From: an uncultured delta proteobacterium
GTDB lineage: Bacteria; Myxococcota_A; Polyangia; Fen-1088
DNA length: 64,000 nucleotides
Direction of reading: 5' to 3'
Assembly (NCBI GenBank): GCA_963796685.1
Contig: CAWCMR010000025.1
Span: 992,001 to 1,056,000 of the forward strand
Below, one piece after another: positions 47,539 through 58,571 of this stretch; the first letter of the stretch is position 1, and each line of letters opens with the position of its first letter. The position numbers and the translations under genes are program-made. Below the pieces are notes generated by a model that worked only from the letters and a program-made list of their open reading frames with translations, was not told the DNA's origin and made no database searches.

Positions 47539-49056
47539 ATGAATCGCTATCCAAATCCCCTTCTGGCCATCGCGTCGATCGCACTGGGACTGCTCGTGAC
47601 CGTACCAGCCCGCGCGGCGGCGCTGACCCAGGTCACGCCCACCTCCACCTGGTCAGGCGGTGTGACCGTGCCGAGCTACATCCAGATGTGGATCTATGTC
47701 CCGACGGCGGTAGCGGCCAAGCCGCCCATCGTGGTTTCTGCCCACTCGTGCGGGTCGACTGCGAGCGGACAAATGGGCAACATCACGCATTTCCAGGCAG
47801 CGGCGGACAAGCTTGGCTTCATCCTCGTCCTCCCGGACAACCCTGGGCAAAACTGCTGGGACGTAGGGTCGAGCCAAGCCCTCACGCACAACGGTGGAAG
47901 CGACACGCAGGCCGTCGCCCAGATGGTGAAGTACGCGCTGACCAAGTACAACGGCGATGCCTCCCGGGTCTACATCTTTGGCGGCTCGTCAGGGGGCATC
48001 CTGACGCAAGGCATGCTCGCGGTGTACCCAGACATCTTCAGGGCCGGCTCGGCGAGAGCGGGGGTTCCGGCTGGATGCTGGGCCGTGCAGTACGATCAGG
48101 GCGGCACCGCCCAGTGGAGCGCGCCGTGCGCGAGCGGACAAGTAACGCATACCGCCCAAGAATGGGGCGACTTGGTTCGCGCCATGTATCCCGACTACAC
48201 CGGGCACCGGCCGCGGGTTCAGCTCATCCAGGGCGGGGCGGATACGACGATTGCCTCCGCGAACATGCCTGAGGCAATCAAGGAATGGACGAACGTCCTC
48301 GGGTTGAGCACCACCCCGACTTCGAGCGACAAGGGGTACAAGGGCCAAGTCGCCTCGTACGACCGCCAGTTCTGGAGCAACGCCTGCGGCTATACGGTTC
48401 TCGAGTCCTGGGTGGCGCCAGGCCAGAACCACTCCATGGGGTACGAGGAAGACGCCATGTTGAAGTTCTTCGGCCTCGATACGGCCACCACCTCGGATCC
48501 GGAGCCGGATTGTTCGGGCGACGGTGGCGTCGCCGCCACAGGCGGCGCGAGCGGCACGGGCGGAACGACCGGGGCCGGCGGCGCCAGCGGGGCCAAGGAC
48601 GGCGGGCCCGGCGGAAAGGACGGCGGGAACGAGGTGGCACCCCCTGGCAGCGGTGGCGCGCAGGGCAGCGGTGGCAGCGCGGGCAGTGGCGGCAGCCTTG
48701 GAAGCGGTGGCACCAGCGCCAAAGGCGGCACCAGCGGCAGTGGTGGTGCGGTCGGAAGTGGCGGCTCGGGCAGCGGTGGCACGACCGCAAGCGGTGGCAA
48801 CGTGGGAAGCGGCGGCACCTCCGCCAAGGGCGGCAACGGCGGCGAGAGCGCTGGGGGAACGCAGGGCAACGGTGGGTCCTCCGCACAAGGCGGAAGCTCC
48901 GGCACCGGTGGTTCGACGACTGCGGGTGGCACCTCCTCCAGTGGGTGCGGCTGTGTCCTCGGCAACCATGCCAGGGGCCCGGCTTCCCATCTGACGGTAT
49001 TGCTAGTCGCCGCTCTTGGGCTCATTTTCCGTCGCCAGCGACGAACGCGCCGCTGA
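47539..49056 (+). CDS. PHB-depolymerase/CE1-type esterase (acetyl xylan/feruloyl esterase-like) with MYXO-CTERM tail
   Basis: Signal peptide; HSCG, NCWDV, GGSSGG nucleophile elbow, QG.ADT, QNH; Gly linker; SSGCGC + TM + RRQRRTRR. Confidence 0.88.
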   Translation: MNRYPNPLLAIASIALGLLVTVPARAAALTQVTPTSTWSGGVTVPSYIQMWIYVPTAVAAKPPIVVSAHSCGSTASGQMGNITHFQAAADKLGFILVLPDNPGQNCWDVGSSQALTHNGGSDTQAVAQMVKYALTKYNGDASRVYIFGGSSGGILTQGMLAVYPDIFRAGSARAGVPAGCWAVQYDQGGTAQWSAPCASGQVTHTAQEWGDLVRAMYPDYTGHRPRVQLIQGGADTTIASANMPEAIKEWTNVLGLSTTPTSSDKGYKGQVASYDRQFWSNACGYTVLESWVAPGQNHSMGYEEDAMLKFFGLDTATTSDPEPDCSGDGGVAATGGASGTGGTTGAGGASGAKDGGPGGKDGGNEVAPPGSGGAQGSGGSAGSGGSLGSGGTSAKGGTSGSGGAVGSGGSGSGGTTASGGNVGSGGTSAKGGNGGESAGGTQGNGGSSAQGGSSGTGGSTTAGGTSSSGCGCVLGNHARGPASHLTVLLVAALGLIFRRQRRTRR

Positions 49057-49106
49057 CGGCCAGTCCGTGGCCTTGGTTTGCGCGAAGACCGAGGCCGCGC
49101 GCGGCC

Positions 49107-49406
49107 CTATTTCACCCGGGACAGGATCTCCATCGAGTCCTGTCTCGAGCTGCCGCTCTCCCGGACCACGAGCTTGTAGAACTCGCAATCCATGCAGTTG
49201 GCCAGCTTCGACGAGTAGGTGCCTTGCACCTTGCCGCCGCAGAACGTGCCGGCAATGACCCAGCAGCATCGCCCCCCGTTCTTGCCCCCATGGATGCCGT
49301 TCACACTGCCCGTCGTGCTCGCGGGACAGATCCCAAGCTCCTTGACCTTTGCCCCGTTGGGCTCGCGTCCACACTTCTTGTGTTCCCAACAATTCGTAGT
49401 CTTCAT
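49107..49406 (-). CDS. Two-CW domain small Cys-rich protein
   Basis: NCWEHKKCGRE...CPA...GGKNGGRCCWVIAGTFCGGKVQGTY..K..NCMDCEFY. Confidence 0.8.
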   Translation of the reverse strand: MKTTNCWEHKKCGREPNGAKVKELGICPASTTGSVNGIHGGKNGGRCCWVIAGTFCGGKVQGTYSSKLANCMDCEFYKLVVRESGSSRQDSMEILSRVK

Positions 49407-49505
49407 CCCTGCCTCCCTGTCATTCATCGGAAGGCGAGACACAAAGCTGGAGCGGAACGGACACCCAAGGCGGCCATGGGATGCCGGATCGGTTATGGTT
49501 CGTGT

Positions 49506-49826
49506 ATGGCTACAAAGTCTCAGACATTCCGCGCACAGCAACAGCGCAATGCAAAGCCGCCCAGGGCCAAACAGCCATCTCGACCTCCAAGAGATACACC
49601 CGTCGACATGGCACTGCCGGGCGTCAGCGCCAGCGATCGGAAAGCAGGCGGCGCGCGAAACAAATCCACCAAGGCGCAGAGAAAGGGCGGCGCAAAGCTG
49701 GAAACCTCGGCGACAGGCAAGCCGTCACGCAAGTCCACCCGCAAGAGCGTCGGCCGAATCAAACGAACGTCCAACCTACGACTGAGGGCCATCCGCAAGG
49801 CGACGGCACCCAAGACCAGGGGGTAG
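49506..49826 (+). CDS. Small highly basic hypothetical protein
   Basis: MATKSQTFRAQQQR...LETSATGKPSRKSTRKS..RIK; 106 aa filling the gap between neighbours. Confidence 0.65.
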   Translation: MATKSQTFRAQQQRNAKPPRAKQPSRPPRDTPVDMALPGVSASDRKAGGARNKSTKAQRKGGAKLETSATGKPSRKSTRKSVGRIKRTSNLRLRAIRKATAPKTRG

Positions 49827-49840
49827 CGGGCGGCCGGTCG

Positions 49841-51352
49841 CTACTGGATCGTCGAATTGGTGACGGTGATGGGCGTATCGTCGTGGTTCGAGATCTGCGG
49901 ATAGGTCGGGTACCATGAACCGCCGATGTTGTTGGTGATGACCGAGCTGTCGATCACGACGTTGCCGGTGTGGTCGTTGGTGACGAAGAAGATCGCGCTG
50001 CCGTAGGCGTTGACCTTGTTGTACTCCATGCGTGTTCCACACAGGGTAAGCGTCATGGTGTTCCCATCGTTGTAGATACCGCCGCCGCTGCCGCCGCCCG
50101 GCGTCCCCGACTCCGCCGGGTTCCCGCCGTTGCCGATGGCCTGATTGTAACTGATGAGCGTATTGATGACGGTCCACGACACGCCGATGCTGCTCAAGGC
50201 ACCGCCATTCGAGCCGACGTTGCCCGACCCGTCGGCACCGCCGAAGGTGCTGTTCACGACGTAGACGGGCAGCCCGTTGTATTGCTCGAAGGCGCGGATG
50301 GCGCCACCGCCGACATCGGGGCCCGTGTCGGCGCACACGTTGTTGGTGAAGCGCGAATTGATGACCTTCAGTCGGCCGCCGCTGGCGAAGATGGCGCCAC
50401 CCCCGGCGTCGCTCGTATCGGTCTGGTTCTTCGAGTTGCCATCGATGAAGGTCAGGTTCTGCACCGCCAATTGCGGCGTTTCTTGATTGTCGCAGTGGCT
50501 GCTGGTCCAGACCTGGTTCTCGTCGCAGGTGTTCATATAGAGAATGCGCGTGGTGCCGCCGCCGCTCAGCGTGATCTTGCCGCCCCCGTCGATCACGATC
50601 TTGGGGCCCTTGTCGTTGAACACCTTGGCCGGCTTGGTGAGCGTGATGGTCACCGGATCGGCGCCGCAGTTGAAGGTGATCACACCGCTCTTGGCGACGG
50701 CGTTGACGAACGCGTCGGCGGTGCAGCTCGCAGCCGTGCCCGTGCCGATGACGGTCGTCGGATTCGACACATCTTCCAGCTGGCCATCCGCGGGGACCGC
50801 GCAATGCCCGTCGGGATTGCCAGGCGCCCCGGGCGGGATCGTCGTGGCCGTCGTCCCGCCGGTGCCAGGCGCACCGCCGCCACCATCCACACCCGGCGAG
50901 CCACCTCCGCTGGCAACGCCACCGGTCCCGGGCAAGCCACCATCGACACCGGGCGAACCGCCTCCGCTGGCATGGCCGCCGGTCCCTGGTGCCCCGCCGC
51001 TCGCCACCTTGCCGCCCGAGCCGGGTGCCCCGCCGCTGCCCGATCGTCCCCCCGTGGTCTGCACGCCGCCGCCACCCGACAGGCCACCCAATCCCGGTGC
51101 GCCCCCGCTGCCCGGCTTTCCGCCGGTGCCCGGCGCGACCACGGTGCCACCACCCGAGCCAGGGTTGCCTCCGGTGCCAGGGCTCCCGCTTGCTCCGCCG
51201 TTCCCGGCCACCGAGGCTGAATCGGGGATGTTCGCATCCAGCTCGTCGTGGCTTCCGCCACATCCTGCCATGATGGCCAGGGCACACCCAAGGCTGGCGA
51301 GTGCGGTCGAGCCGAGCCTTCCGAACAGAGCTCCGTCCTTGCTTCCGGTCAT
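49841..51352 (-). CDS. Lipoprotein with Gly-rich linker and pectin-lyase-like beta-helix (GGAI repeats)
   Basis: Lipobox MAGC; GVITFNCG, IDGGGKITLSG, GGGAIF...FTNN...GGAI, NGGAL, GGGIYNDG. Confidence 0.82.
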   Translation of the reverse strand: MTGSKDGALFGRLGSTALASLGCALAIMAGCGGSHDELDANIPDSASVAGNGGASGSPGTGGNPGSGGGTVVAPGTGGKPGSGGAPGLGGLSGGGGVQTTGGRSGSGGAPGSGGKVASGGAPGTGGHASGGGSPGVDGGLPGTGGVASGGGSPGVDGGGGAPGTGGTTATTIPPGAPGNPDGHCAVPADGQLEDVSNPTTVIGTGTAASCTADAFVNAVAKSGVITFNCGADPVTITLTKPAKVFNDKGPKIVIDGGGKITLSGGGTTRILYMNTCDENQVWTSSHCDNQETPQLAVQNLTFIDGNSKNQTDTSDAGGGAIFASGGRLKVINSRFTNNVCADTGPDVGGGAIRAFEQYNGLPVYVVNSTFGGADGSGNVGSNGGALSSIGVSWTVINTLISYNQAIGNGGNPAESGTPGGGSGGGIYNDGNTMTLTLCGTRMEYNKVNAYGSAIFFVTNDHTGNVVIDSSVITNNIGGSWYPTYPQISNHDDTPITVTNSTIQ

Positions 51353-51543
51353 GAGGCTGCCTCCCTACACAGGGTAACAGAGAAGGGGCCGCCCCGCGAG
51401 CTGACCCCGCGGCGAACAGCCGGCGGGATCGAGAGCTCCTGAGCGCCGCCCGGCGCCAAACCAATAAAAGCCTGCGACTGGAGGCCGGACTTCCAATCCG
51501 ACCTACAGCCAACCTCTGCTGCCCGCGGGCGATGGCCCGCGCT

Positions 51544-51921
51544 CTACCAGCCGCCGCCGCCGCCGCCACCGCGACGACCGCCACGACCATGGCCTTCGCC
51601 ATGATCGCGACCGCCGCGGCCGCCGCCGAACCCGCCACCGCCACCGCCACCGCCACCGCCGCTGCGTGGGGCGCGTTCGCGCGCTTCACTGACGTTGATG
51701 GGACGGCCCTGGATCTCGCGCCCATTGAGGGTCTCGATGGCCTGGGAAGCTTCCGCGTCGGTGGTCATTTCGACGAACGCAAAACCGCGCGGGCGCCCCG
51801 TGTCGCGATCGAGCACGACCTTCACCTCTTTGACATTTCGTCCGTTCTCGCCGAACACATCCTTCAGTTCGGGCTCGGTTACGTTGTACGACAGATTGCC
51901 TACATAGAGCCTCGTTCCCAT
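51544..51921 (-). CDS. RRM RNA-binding protein with Gly-rich tail
   Basis: RNP2 LYVGNL, RNP1 RGFAFVEM; GAGGAG RBS. Confidence 0.95.
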   Translation of the reverse strand: MGTRLYVGNLSYNVTEPELKDVFGENGRNVKEVKVVLDRDTGRPRGFAFVEMTTDAEASQAIETLNGREIQGRPINVSEARERAPRSGGGGGGGGGGFGGGRGGRDHGEGHGRGGRRGGGGGGGW

Positions 51922-52310
51922 TACTTTCTCCTCTTGCGTCTCACGTCTCTCTCTTCGTTCCCTGGACCGTGGGCGTGCGAACCGGCCAGGACGGACCGTG
52001 TGTCCTCATGGTTGCCTAACTCAGAATGAAGCCGCTCCTCGACAGCATGCGGACGGTGAGCGAGAAACAGCATGCTTCACCCTACCGAGCCCTGGGTTTT
52101 CGGTCGGAAACAAGTGGCTCAAAGACTGAGCACGAAGAAGTGCACGAAGAAGAGATAGACGGCCGGAACACACCTGAGGGACTCGCTACTTGCTGTGAGC
52201 CTAGCAGATTCGGGCGATGGTTGTCCAATTCCGCGTCGAAGCAAACCGGGCGATCGGCCGGGCGGCCGGCACGTCTCGGCGCAGCCCCGGGAGAGTCGAT
52301 CCCGCGAAAG

Positions 52311-54153
52311 CTAGAAAGCCTGGCGAAATCCACAGGATATGCGTCCCGGCCAGCCCGCCGGCACCAGGACGTCGGTCCGGGCGGCGCGCAGGGGAAAGGC
52401 CCAATCGCAGCGCAAGACCTCGGCGTTGAGCTGCGGAACGAGCAGGCGCAGGCCCGCGCCCGCGTCGCCGAAGAGCATGAGCGCCTGGGCCGTGTCCGCG
52501 GCGTGACCGGCGTCCACGAAGACGAGCCCACCCAGGCGCAGAGAGGACAGGGGCAGCGCCATGGAGCGCAGCTCGAGGTGCGCCAGGTACCAGTCGTAGC
52601 CCTGGAACGTATTGACCGGATAGCCGCGCAGACCTTCCAGCCCGCCCACGTAGACCCGCAGACGGTGGACGTTGTCGGCCACGAATCCGGCCGTGCCCGA
52701 GACAACCACGCGCAAGCTTCGCCCGAGAACCGGCGTGGCCGCGTAGAGCTGCGCCTTGAAGAGTTGGTCGCGCAAGCCATCGCTGTAGTCGCGGCCTTCC
52801 CAGGACGCGCCGACGGTCTGAAAACCGTCGAAGAATGCCAGGTTGACGTGCGCCTCGGCCTTGAAGCGGTAGAAGTCGGCTTCGGAGCCAAGCAAGGTCG
52901 TGGCGCGGCCGAAGCGGAGCGTGACCGATGGACCGAGCCGCTGATCCTCGCCGAGATCGTAGGTGTCGAGATCGTGGTAGGTGCGGTAGCGTGGCGTGAA
53001 AGCATCGTACTGCGCGTAGAGCCCGGAGGTTCGCTCGGAGCTGCGAAAGTAGGTTCGTGTAAAGGCGTCGCGCAGGTCGAGGTCGGCGGGGAAGTCGGGA
53101 AGAAACGACGACCGAACCAGGCCGACTTCGTTACCCACCGTGACCCGCTGGATGAGCCACGCGCGCTGAAACGAGCGCGTGAGGCCCGTGGTGAAGGCGC
53201 CCACGCGGTAGCGGTAGTCGCAATCGCCGGTCAGGGTCGAGCCCGGATCGCTCGGCCCGCCCGGGATCACGCATTGACCGGTATTCGGATTGAATCGCTC
53301 CAGCACGGCTGGTGTGCCGCCGGACCCGGCAATGTTGCGCGTCACGCTGGTGGTGTAGCTGCCGTCGACGAAGCCGCCCCAGTGTTGCGACAACGAATAG
53401 AACGGATATTCCAGGCGCTGCCAATCGGAGAACCCCTCGTGCGATCCCGCCGCGATCTCGCCGATCTTGCGCGACCAATCTTCGTAAAACGCCGTCGTGA
53501 ACCGCAGGTGCGTGCCGAGCACGTTGGGATCGAGGTACGTCGGACCCAGCCACATGTCGCCCTGGCGCATGATGAATTCCACCGAGACCTGTTTGCGCCA
53601 GCCGAGGAAGTTGTTCTCGGCCAGCGAGGCGTTGAGGGTGATGAGGTACCCCGGCTGGTAGTTGTAGTCGCTGTTGAGGCGCAGGCTCCACACGTCGCGT
53701 GTGACGATGAGAACGTCGACGGTCCCGGGCGCCGCGGCCTTCACGGGCACCACGGCCACGATGCTCGACCAGGTCGGATCGTACTGGCTGTAGGTGTTCC
53801 GATTGCGCAGGTTGCGCATGGTCTCGTCGGCCAACGCGGGATCGTAGGCCATGCCGGGCACGAGCAACGACTCGCGGCGGATGTGCTCCTCGCGCGTGGT
53901 GCGGTGAAAATGGTTGAACCATTCGAGCAGCCGGCCGTCGCGGGGCTGGAACACGTCCAGGTTCACGACATAGATGGATCCCACGGTCTTGCCCGCGGGC
54001 GCCGGATCGATGGCAAGACCGCGCGCCGCCAGCGCACCCGCGACCGCGTCGCGTTCGAGCGTGCCGAGCTGCGTCATAATCCGCGGCCCGAGCCTGTGGC
54101 GCGAGAAGCGAAGCCATGGGCGCGACAAAGAGCAAGGCGCGGAGCGCACGCAT
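52311..54153 (-). CDS. Omp85/BamA-TamA-like outer-membrane protein; apparent frameshift near 54073
   Basis: POTRA-like IRRESL...DET.RNLR; ENNFLG; LRGY lid motif; GAGLR; terminal F. The signal peptide MRALRALLFVAPMASLLAPQARA is in another frame (TAT GAC G CAG CTC). Confidence 0.78.
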
Positions 54154-54178
54154 CGTCGGTCATCTTACATCTGAAGCA

Positions 54179-54400
54179 CCCCCCTCGCCCCGCGAAGCGA
54201 ATCGCAGCGGGCGAGGGGGGCCGTTCGGGGGAGTCCAGAAGATCCCTTGCCTGCGCGGAGATCCAACAGCCAGGTCCCCTCGCCCCGGCGCAAGCCGGGG
54301 AGAGGGACAGGGTGAGGGGTCCGAGGTAGGCGCAGCTTCTCTTCCCCTCACCGGCCGCGCTTCGCGCGTCGGCCTCTCCCCGCGTGCCCGCGGGGCGAGG
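54179..54400. repeat. REP-like palindrome cluster
   Basis: cccctcgccccgcg...cgagggggg; gtcccctcgccccggcgcaagccggggagagggacagggtgagggg; cccctcaccggccgcgcttcgcgcg...ctctccccgcg..cgcggggcgagg. Confidence 0.8.
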
Positions 54401-54492
54401 CGATAGGGCCGCTGCGCGGCCCCTACAAAACAGCGCCTGGGCTCAGAGGCGGGCTTTCAGGACTGCTTTCAGGACCTTGAAAGGGCTGGGCC

Positions 54493-55551
54493 TCAGAGCG
54501 CGGCCACCACGGCCTGGCCGGCTTCGACGGTCGTCGCGGCCTTGCTGCCGGCGGAGGCGATGTCGGCGGGCCAGACGCCGCGATCGACGACGGCGTAGAC
54601 CGCCTTCTCGACGGCCACGGCCTCGGCCTCCAGACCGAGCGAGTGGCGCAGCAGCATGGCCGCGCTGAGGATGGTCGCATAGGGATTGGCGATGCCCTTG
54701 CCCGCGATGTCCGGTGCGCTGCCGTGGATGGGCTCGTAAAGCCCGCGCTTGCCCACGCCCAGCGAGGCCGAGGGCAAAAGCCCCATCGAGCCCGCCAGCA
54801 CCGACGCCTCGTCGGTGAGGATGTCGCCGAACATGTTCTCGGTCACGATGACATCGAAATAGGCCGGCTTGCGCACGAGGAACATGGCGCACGAGTCGAC
54901 GAGAACGTGCTCCAGCGCGACGTCGGGAAACTCGTTGTGCACGATCTCCTCGGTCACCCGCCGCCATAGGCGCGAGGTTTCGAGCACGTTGGCCTTGTCG
55001 ACCGAGGTCAGCTTCTTGCGGCGGCTTCGCGCGAACTCGGCCGCGCGCCGAACCACGCGGCGGATCTCGTCGCCGGTATACTCGAGCAGGTCGCTGGCGC
55101 TGTCCGCCCCGCGCTTCTTCTCGCCGAAATAGAGGCCGCCCGTCAGCTCGCGCACCACGAGCAGATCCACGTTCTTGATGACCTCGGGCCGCAGGGTCGA
55201 CGCATTCGCCAGCCTGGGATGGCAGGTCACCGGCCGCAGGTTGGCGAACAGGCCCATCGCCTTGCGAATCGCGAACAGGCCCTGCTCGGGTCGCACCGAG
55301 GCGTTCGGATCGTCCCACTTGGGACCGCCCACCGCGCCCAGCAGCACCGCATCGGCGGCCTGGCACAAGGCCGACGTCTCCGCCGGCAACGCCGTGCCCG
55401 TCTTGTCGATGGCGCACCCACCGATGAGCCCCTCGCGGAATTCGAAATCGTGCCCGAACTTGCGCGCCACCGCCTGCAAGGCCTTCACGCCTTCGGCCGT
55501 GACCTCGGGTCCAATGCCGTCACCTGGGAGAACTGCAATCGTGGCTTTCAT
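54493..55551 (-). CDS. leuB: 3-isopropylmalate dehydrogenase
   Basis: [65 protein letters not shown]. Confidence 0.97.
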   Translation of the reverse strand: MKATIAVLPGDGIGPEVTAEGVKALQAVARKFGHDFEFREGLIGGCAIDKTGTALPAETSALCQAADAVLLGAVGGPKWDDPNASVRPEQGLFAIRKAMGLFANLRPVTCHPRLANASTLRPEVIKNVDLLVVRELTGGLYFGEKKRGADSASDLLEYTGDEIRRVVRRAAEFARSRRKKLTSVDKANVLETSRLWRRVTEEIVHNEFPDVALEHVLVDSCAMFLVRKPAYFDVIVTENMFGDILTDEASVLAGSMGLLPSASLGVGKRGLYEPIHGSAPDIAGKGIANPYATILSAAMLLRHSLGLEAEAVAVEKAVYAVVDRGVWPADIASAGSKAATTVEAGQAVVAAL

Positions 55552-55581
55552 GGCCGGTGTCTTTAGCACACGGTTCGGCCT

Positions 55582-55612
55582 TGTAGGGGCGGGTTTCAAA
55601 CCCGCCCCTACA
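55582..55612. repeat. GTAG-family REP palindrome (possible terminator)
   Basis: tgtaggggcgggttt-c-aaacccgcccctaca perfect inverted repeat between nadE and leuB. Confidence 0.75.
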
Positions 55613-55615
55613 CCT

Positions 55616-57259
55616 TCACCCGCGGAATCCCTGCGCCACCGGGTAACGGCGGCCGGTGCCGAAGGCCTTGCCGGTGATCTTCAGGCCGGGCGGGAGTTGG
55701 CGGCGCTTGTATTCGGACGTGCGCACCAGGCGTAGGACCTTCTCGACCACCGTGCGCTCGAAGCCCTTGTCGACCAGAGCCTGGGTGTCGAGGCCGTCTT
55801 CCACATGCGCGGCCAAAATGGCGTCGAGGACGTCGTAAGGGGGCAGGCTGTCCTGATCGACCTGGTCCGGCCGCAGCTCCGCCGACGGCGGCTTGGTCAA
55901 GGTCGACTCGGGAATGACCGATCGCTTGGCGTTGATCTCGCGGGCGATCCTGTAGACCCAGGTCTTGGGCACATCCGAAATGACCGCCAACCCGCCGTTG
56001 GTGTCGCCGTAGAGCGTACAGTACCCGGTGGCGATCTCGCTCTTGTTTCCCGTCGACAAGAGCAGCTTGCCGAGCTTGTTGGACAGGGCCATGAGCAAGC
56101 CACCGCGGATGCGCGCCTGCAAGTTCTCCTCGGTCACGTCGGGCTCGCGGCCGGCGAAGGCCGGCGCCAGTGCGTCGAGGTACGCGGCGAACATGGGCTC
56201 GATGGCGATCTCGCGAAACCCAATGCCCAGGTTCCTGGCCACCTCGGCGGCGTCGCGGCGCGAGTGATCCGACGAATAGCGCGACGGCATGGCCACGCCC
56301 AGCACCTCGGCCGGATCGAAGGCGCGGCTGGCGATGCACGCCACCACCGCCGAATCGATACCGCCCGATAGCCCGATGAGCGCACCCGAGAAACCGCAGC
56401 GGCGGGCGTAGTCGCGCGTGCCCAGGACCAGCGCGTCCAGCGCCGAACGGGCGTCCGATTCGGTGAAGGCTCGCAGGTCGCCGTGGCCGGCGTCGAGGTC
56501 GACGAGCACCAGATCGGGCGCGTGCTCGGCGGCGCGGCAGATGATCTCGCCCTTGGCGTTCGCGGCCAGGGACGAACCGTCGAAGACCAGATCGTCCTGA
56601 CCGCCGACCTGGTTCACGAATACGAGCGGGCGCTGCCAGTGCCGCGCCACGGACGAAAGCATGCGCGGGCGCAGGTGCCGCTTTTCGATGGTGAAAGGCG
56701 ACGCCGCGATGTTGATGAGAAGATCGGCGCCAGCCTGCACCAGTTTCTCGATGGGATCCTCGCGGTACAGCCGGCGCGGCCAGAAGTCGCCGTCGTTCCA
56801 GATGTCCTCGCAGATGGAGATGCCCAGGTTGCGGCCGCGGAACGAAACCGGCGCCACGGTGGCGGCGGGCTCGAAGTAGCGCCATTCGTCGAACACGTCG
56901 TAGGTGGGCAGAAGCGACTTGCGCCGGATGGCGACGATCTTGCCGCCCTCGATCAAGGCGGCCGAGTTGGCGATGTGGCGGCCCGCCGCTATTTCCGGCA
57001 GCACTTCCGGGAAGCCCACCAGCACGGCCAGCGAGCCACGCACGCTGCCGCACAGATCGGCAAGGGCGCGATCGCTCGCCTGCAGGAAGGCATCGCGTTC
57101 CAAAAGATCGCGCGGCGGATAGCCGCACACCATGAGCTCGGGCAAGACCAAGAGATCGGCTCCCGCCGCGCCGGCGTCGGACATGGCCTGGCGAATCAGG
57201 CGCAGATTCCCCTCGAAATCGCCGATGGTGGGGTCGAGCTGTCCGAGTGCGATCTTCAC
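55616..57259 (-). CDS. nadE: Glutamine-dependent NAD+ synthetase
   Basis: Nitrilase domain PEL..GYPP, K..LP.YDVFDE, ICEDIW; synthetase [38 protein letters not shown]. Confidence 0.96.
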   Translation of the reverse strand: MKIALGQLDPTIGDFEGNLRLIRQAMSDAGAAGADLLVLPELMVCGYPPRDLLERDAFLQASDRALADLCGSVRGSLAVLVGFPEVLPEIAAGRHIANSAALIEGGKIVAIRRKSLLPTYDVFDEWRYFEPAATVAPVSFRGRNLGISICEDIWNDGDFWPRRLYREDPIEKLVQAGADLLINIAASPFTIEKRHLRPRMLSSVARHWQRPLVFVNQVGGQDDLVFDGSSLAANAKGEIICRAAEHAPDLVLVDLDAGHGDLRAFTESDARSALDALVLGTRDYARRCGFSGALIGLSGGIDSAVVACIASRAFDPAEVLGVAMPSRYSSDHSRRDAAEVARNLGIGFREIAIEPMFAAYLDALAPAFAGREPDVTEENLQARIRGGLLMALSNKLGKLLLSTGNKSEIATGYCTLYGDTNGGLAVISDVPKTWVYRIAREINAKRSVIPESTLTKPPSAELRPDQVDQDSLPPYDVLDAILAAHVEDGLDTQALVDKGFERTVVEKVLRLVRTSEYKRRQLPPGLKITGKAFGTGRRYPVAQGFRG

Positions 57260-57280
57260 CGTGTTACCTCCTGGCTCCGG

Positions 57281-57321
57281 TCCCCTCGCCCCGCGCAGCG
57301 GAGAGAGGGTTAGGGTGAGGG
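57281..57321. repeat. Single REP-like palindrome
   Basis: tcccctcgccccgcgcagcggagagagggttagggtgaggg. Confidence 0.75.
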
Positions 57322-57328
57322 GCGAACT

Positions 57329-58456
57329 TTACCCTGCCTGGTAACCGACGGCCTGCAAAGCCGCATCGTGAAGCACGGGGCGAAGCACGCGAAAGCGCGG
57401 ATCGTCCCGCACCTCGGGATGGATGCGGTTGGTGAGCACGACCACGCAGGTCTCTTGCTCGGGATCGATCCACAGCGAACAGCCGGTAAAGGAAAGGTGC
57501 CCGACCGCGCGCCGGGAAATCAGGTTGCCGGCCAGCGACCCCGCCACGGACGGACCGTCCCAGCCCAGCCGCCAGGTCGAGCCCGGGATACCGGCCGGTT
57601 GCCAGAACGCGCGCAGGACTTCGGGGCGCACGAAGGGCGCGCCGCCGCCCACGCCCCTGCCATGGTAGGCCGCACAAAGGACGAAGGAGAGCCGAAGCAG
57701 ATCCTGGATGCCGCCGAACAGTCCGGCATGCCCCGCGATGCCGCCCATGGCAAAGGCGTTCAAGTCATGGACCTCGCCGACAATGAGGCGGCCGCGCACC
57801 GGGCAGCGCTCGGTGGGCGCGACATCGTGGCCGCGAAATCGGGCCGCCGGCCCGCCCGCCAGCAGATCCACGAAGCCCAGGCCGGCAAGGCCCAGGGGCT
57901 GAAAGATCAGCCGATCCGCCAGGACATCCAGGCGTGCGGACATGACCCGCTCGACCAGAGCGCCCAGCACCATGAAGCCCAGATCCGAATAGACCGACTT
58001 GCTGCCCGGTTGGTAGGCCAGCGTCTCGGCAGAGGCCCGCTCGACGATGGATGTGCGGCTCGCCTGGCTGGGCAGGACCTTGGACGCGGTGCTCTCATAG
58101 AATCTACGATGGGCCGGAAAGCCGCCGGCATGGGCCAAAACCCGCCGCAATGTCACCTCGGGCCGGTCTTCGAGCATCCCAAAATTGTCTGCCAGCGGCC
58201 GATCGAGATGAAAACGCCCCTCCTCCACGCCTTTCATGACAAGCAAGCTCGTGACCAAGGCCTTGGTCAGCGAGGCCAGGTCGTAGACGGTGCCCACCGT
58301 GGCCGGGGCGGGCGCGGGCTCGACCTGGCGATGCCCGAAGGCCTCCACGAACCGGACCTGACCTGCCTGTCCGACCGCAACCACCAACCCCGGAATAACG
58401 CGGTCGTCGATGGCCGCGCGGGCGAAGCGTCGTAGGCTATTGAAATCGGGAGCCAT
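57329..58456 (-). CDS. Serine hydrolase, beta-lactamase-related family
   Basis: YDLASLTK (SxxK), YSDLGF, GEVHD.NA, GHAGLF, GHLSFTG.SLWID, LTNRIHP. Confidence 0.88.
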   Translation of the reverse strand: MAPDFNSLRRFARAAIDDRVIPGLVVAVGQAGQVRFVEAFGHRQVEPAPAPATVGTVYDLASLTKALVTSLLVMKGVEEGRFHLDRPLADNFGMLEDRPEVTLRRVLAHAGGFPAHRRFYESTASKVLPSQASRTSIVERASAETLAYQPGSKSVYSDLGFMVLGALVERVMSARLDVLADRLIFQPLGLAGLGFVDLLAGGPAARFRGHDVAPTERCPVRGRLIVGEVHDLNAFAMGGIAGHAGLFGGIQDLLRLSFVLCAAYHGRGVGGGAPFVRPEVLRAFWQPAGIPGSTWRLGWDGPSVAGSLAGNLISRRAVGHLSFTGCSLWIDPEQETCVVVLTNRIHPEVRDDPRFRVLRPVLHDAALQAVGYQAG

Positions 58457-58571
58457 CGGACGCAAGTTACCAGGTTTCGGTGCCTCAAGAGGGCAACGAG
58501 AGACAGCGGCAGTAGACGGCAACGATGACAGCAGGAAAGATGGCGACGAAGGTCGAAGGACAGAGGCGACG

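Noticed and set aside
48285-49505. Upstream part of ORF 48285-49826
   Set aside because: Out-of-frame overlap with the esterase and two-CW genes; only 49506-49826 is plausible.
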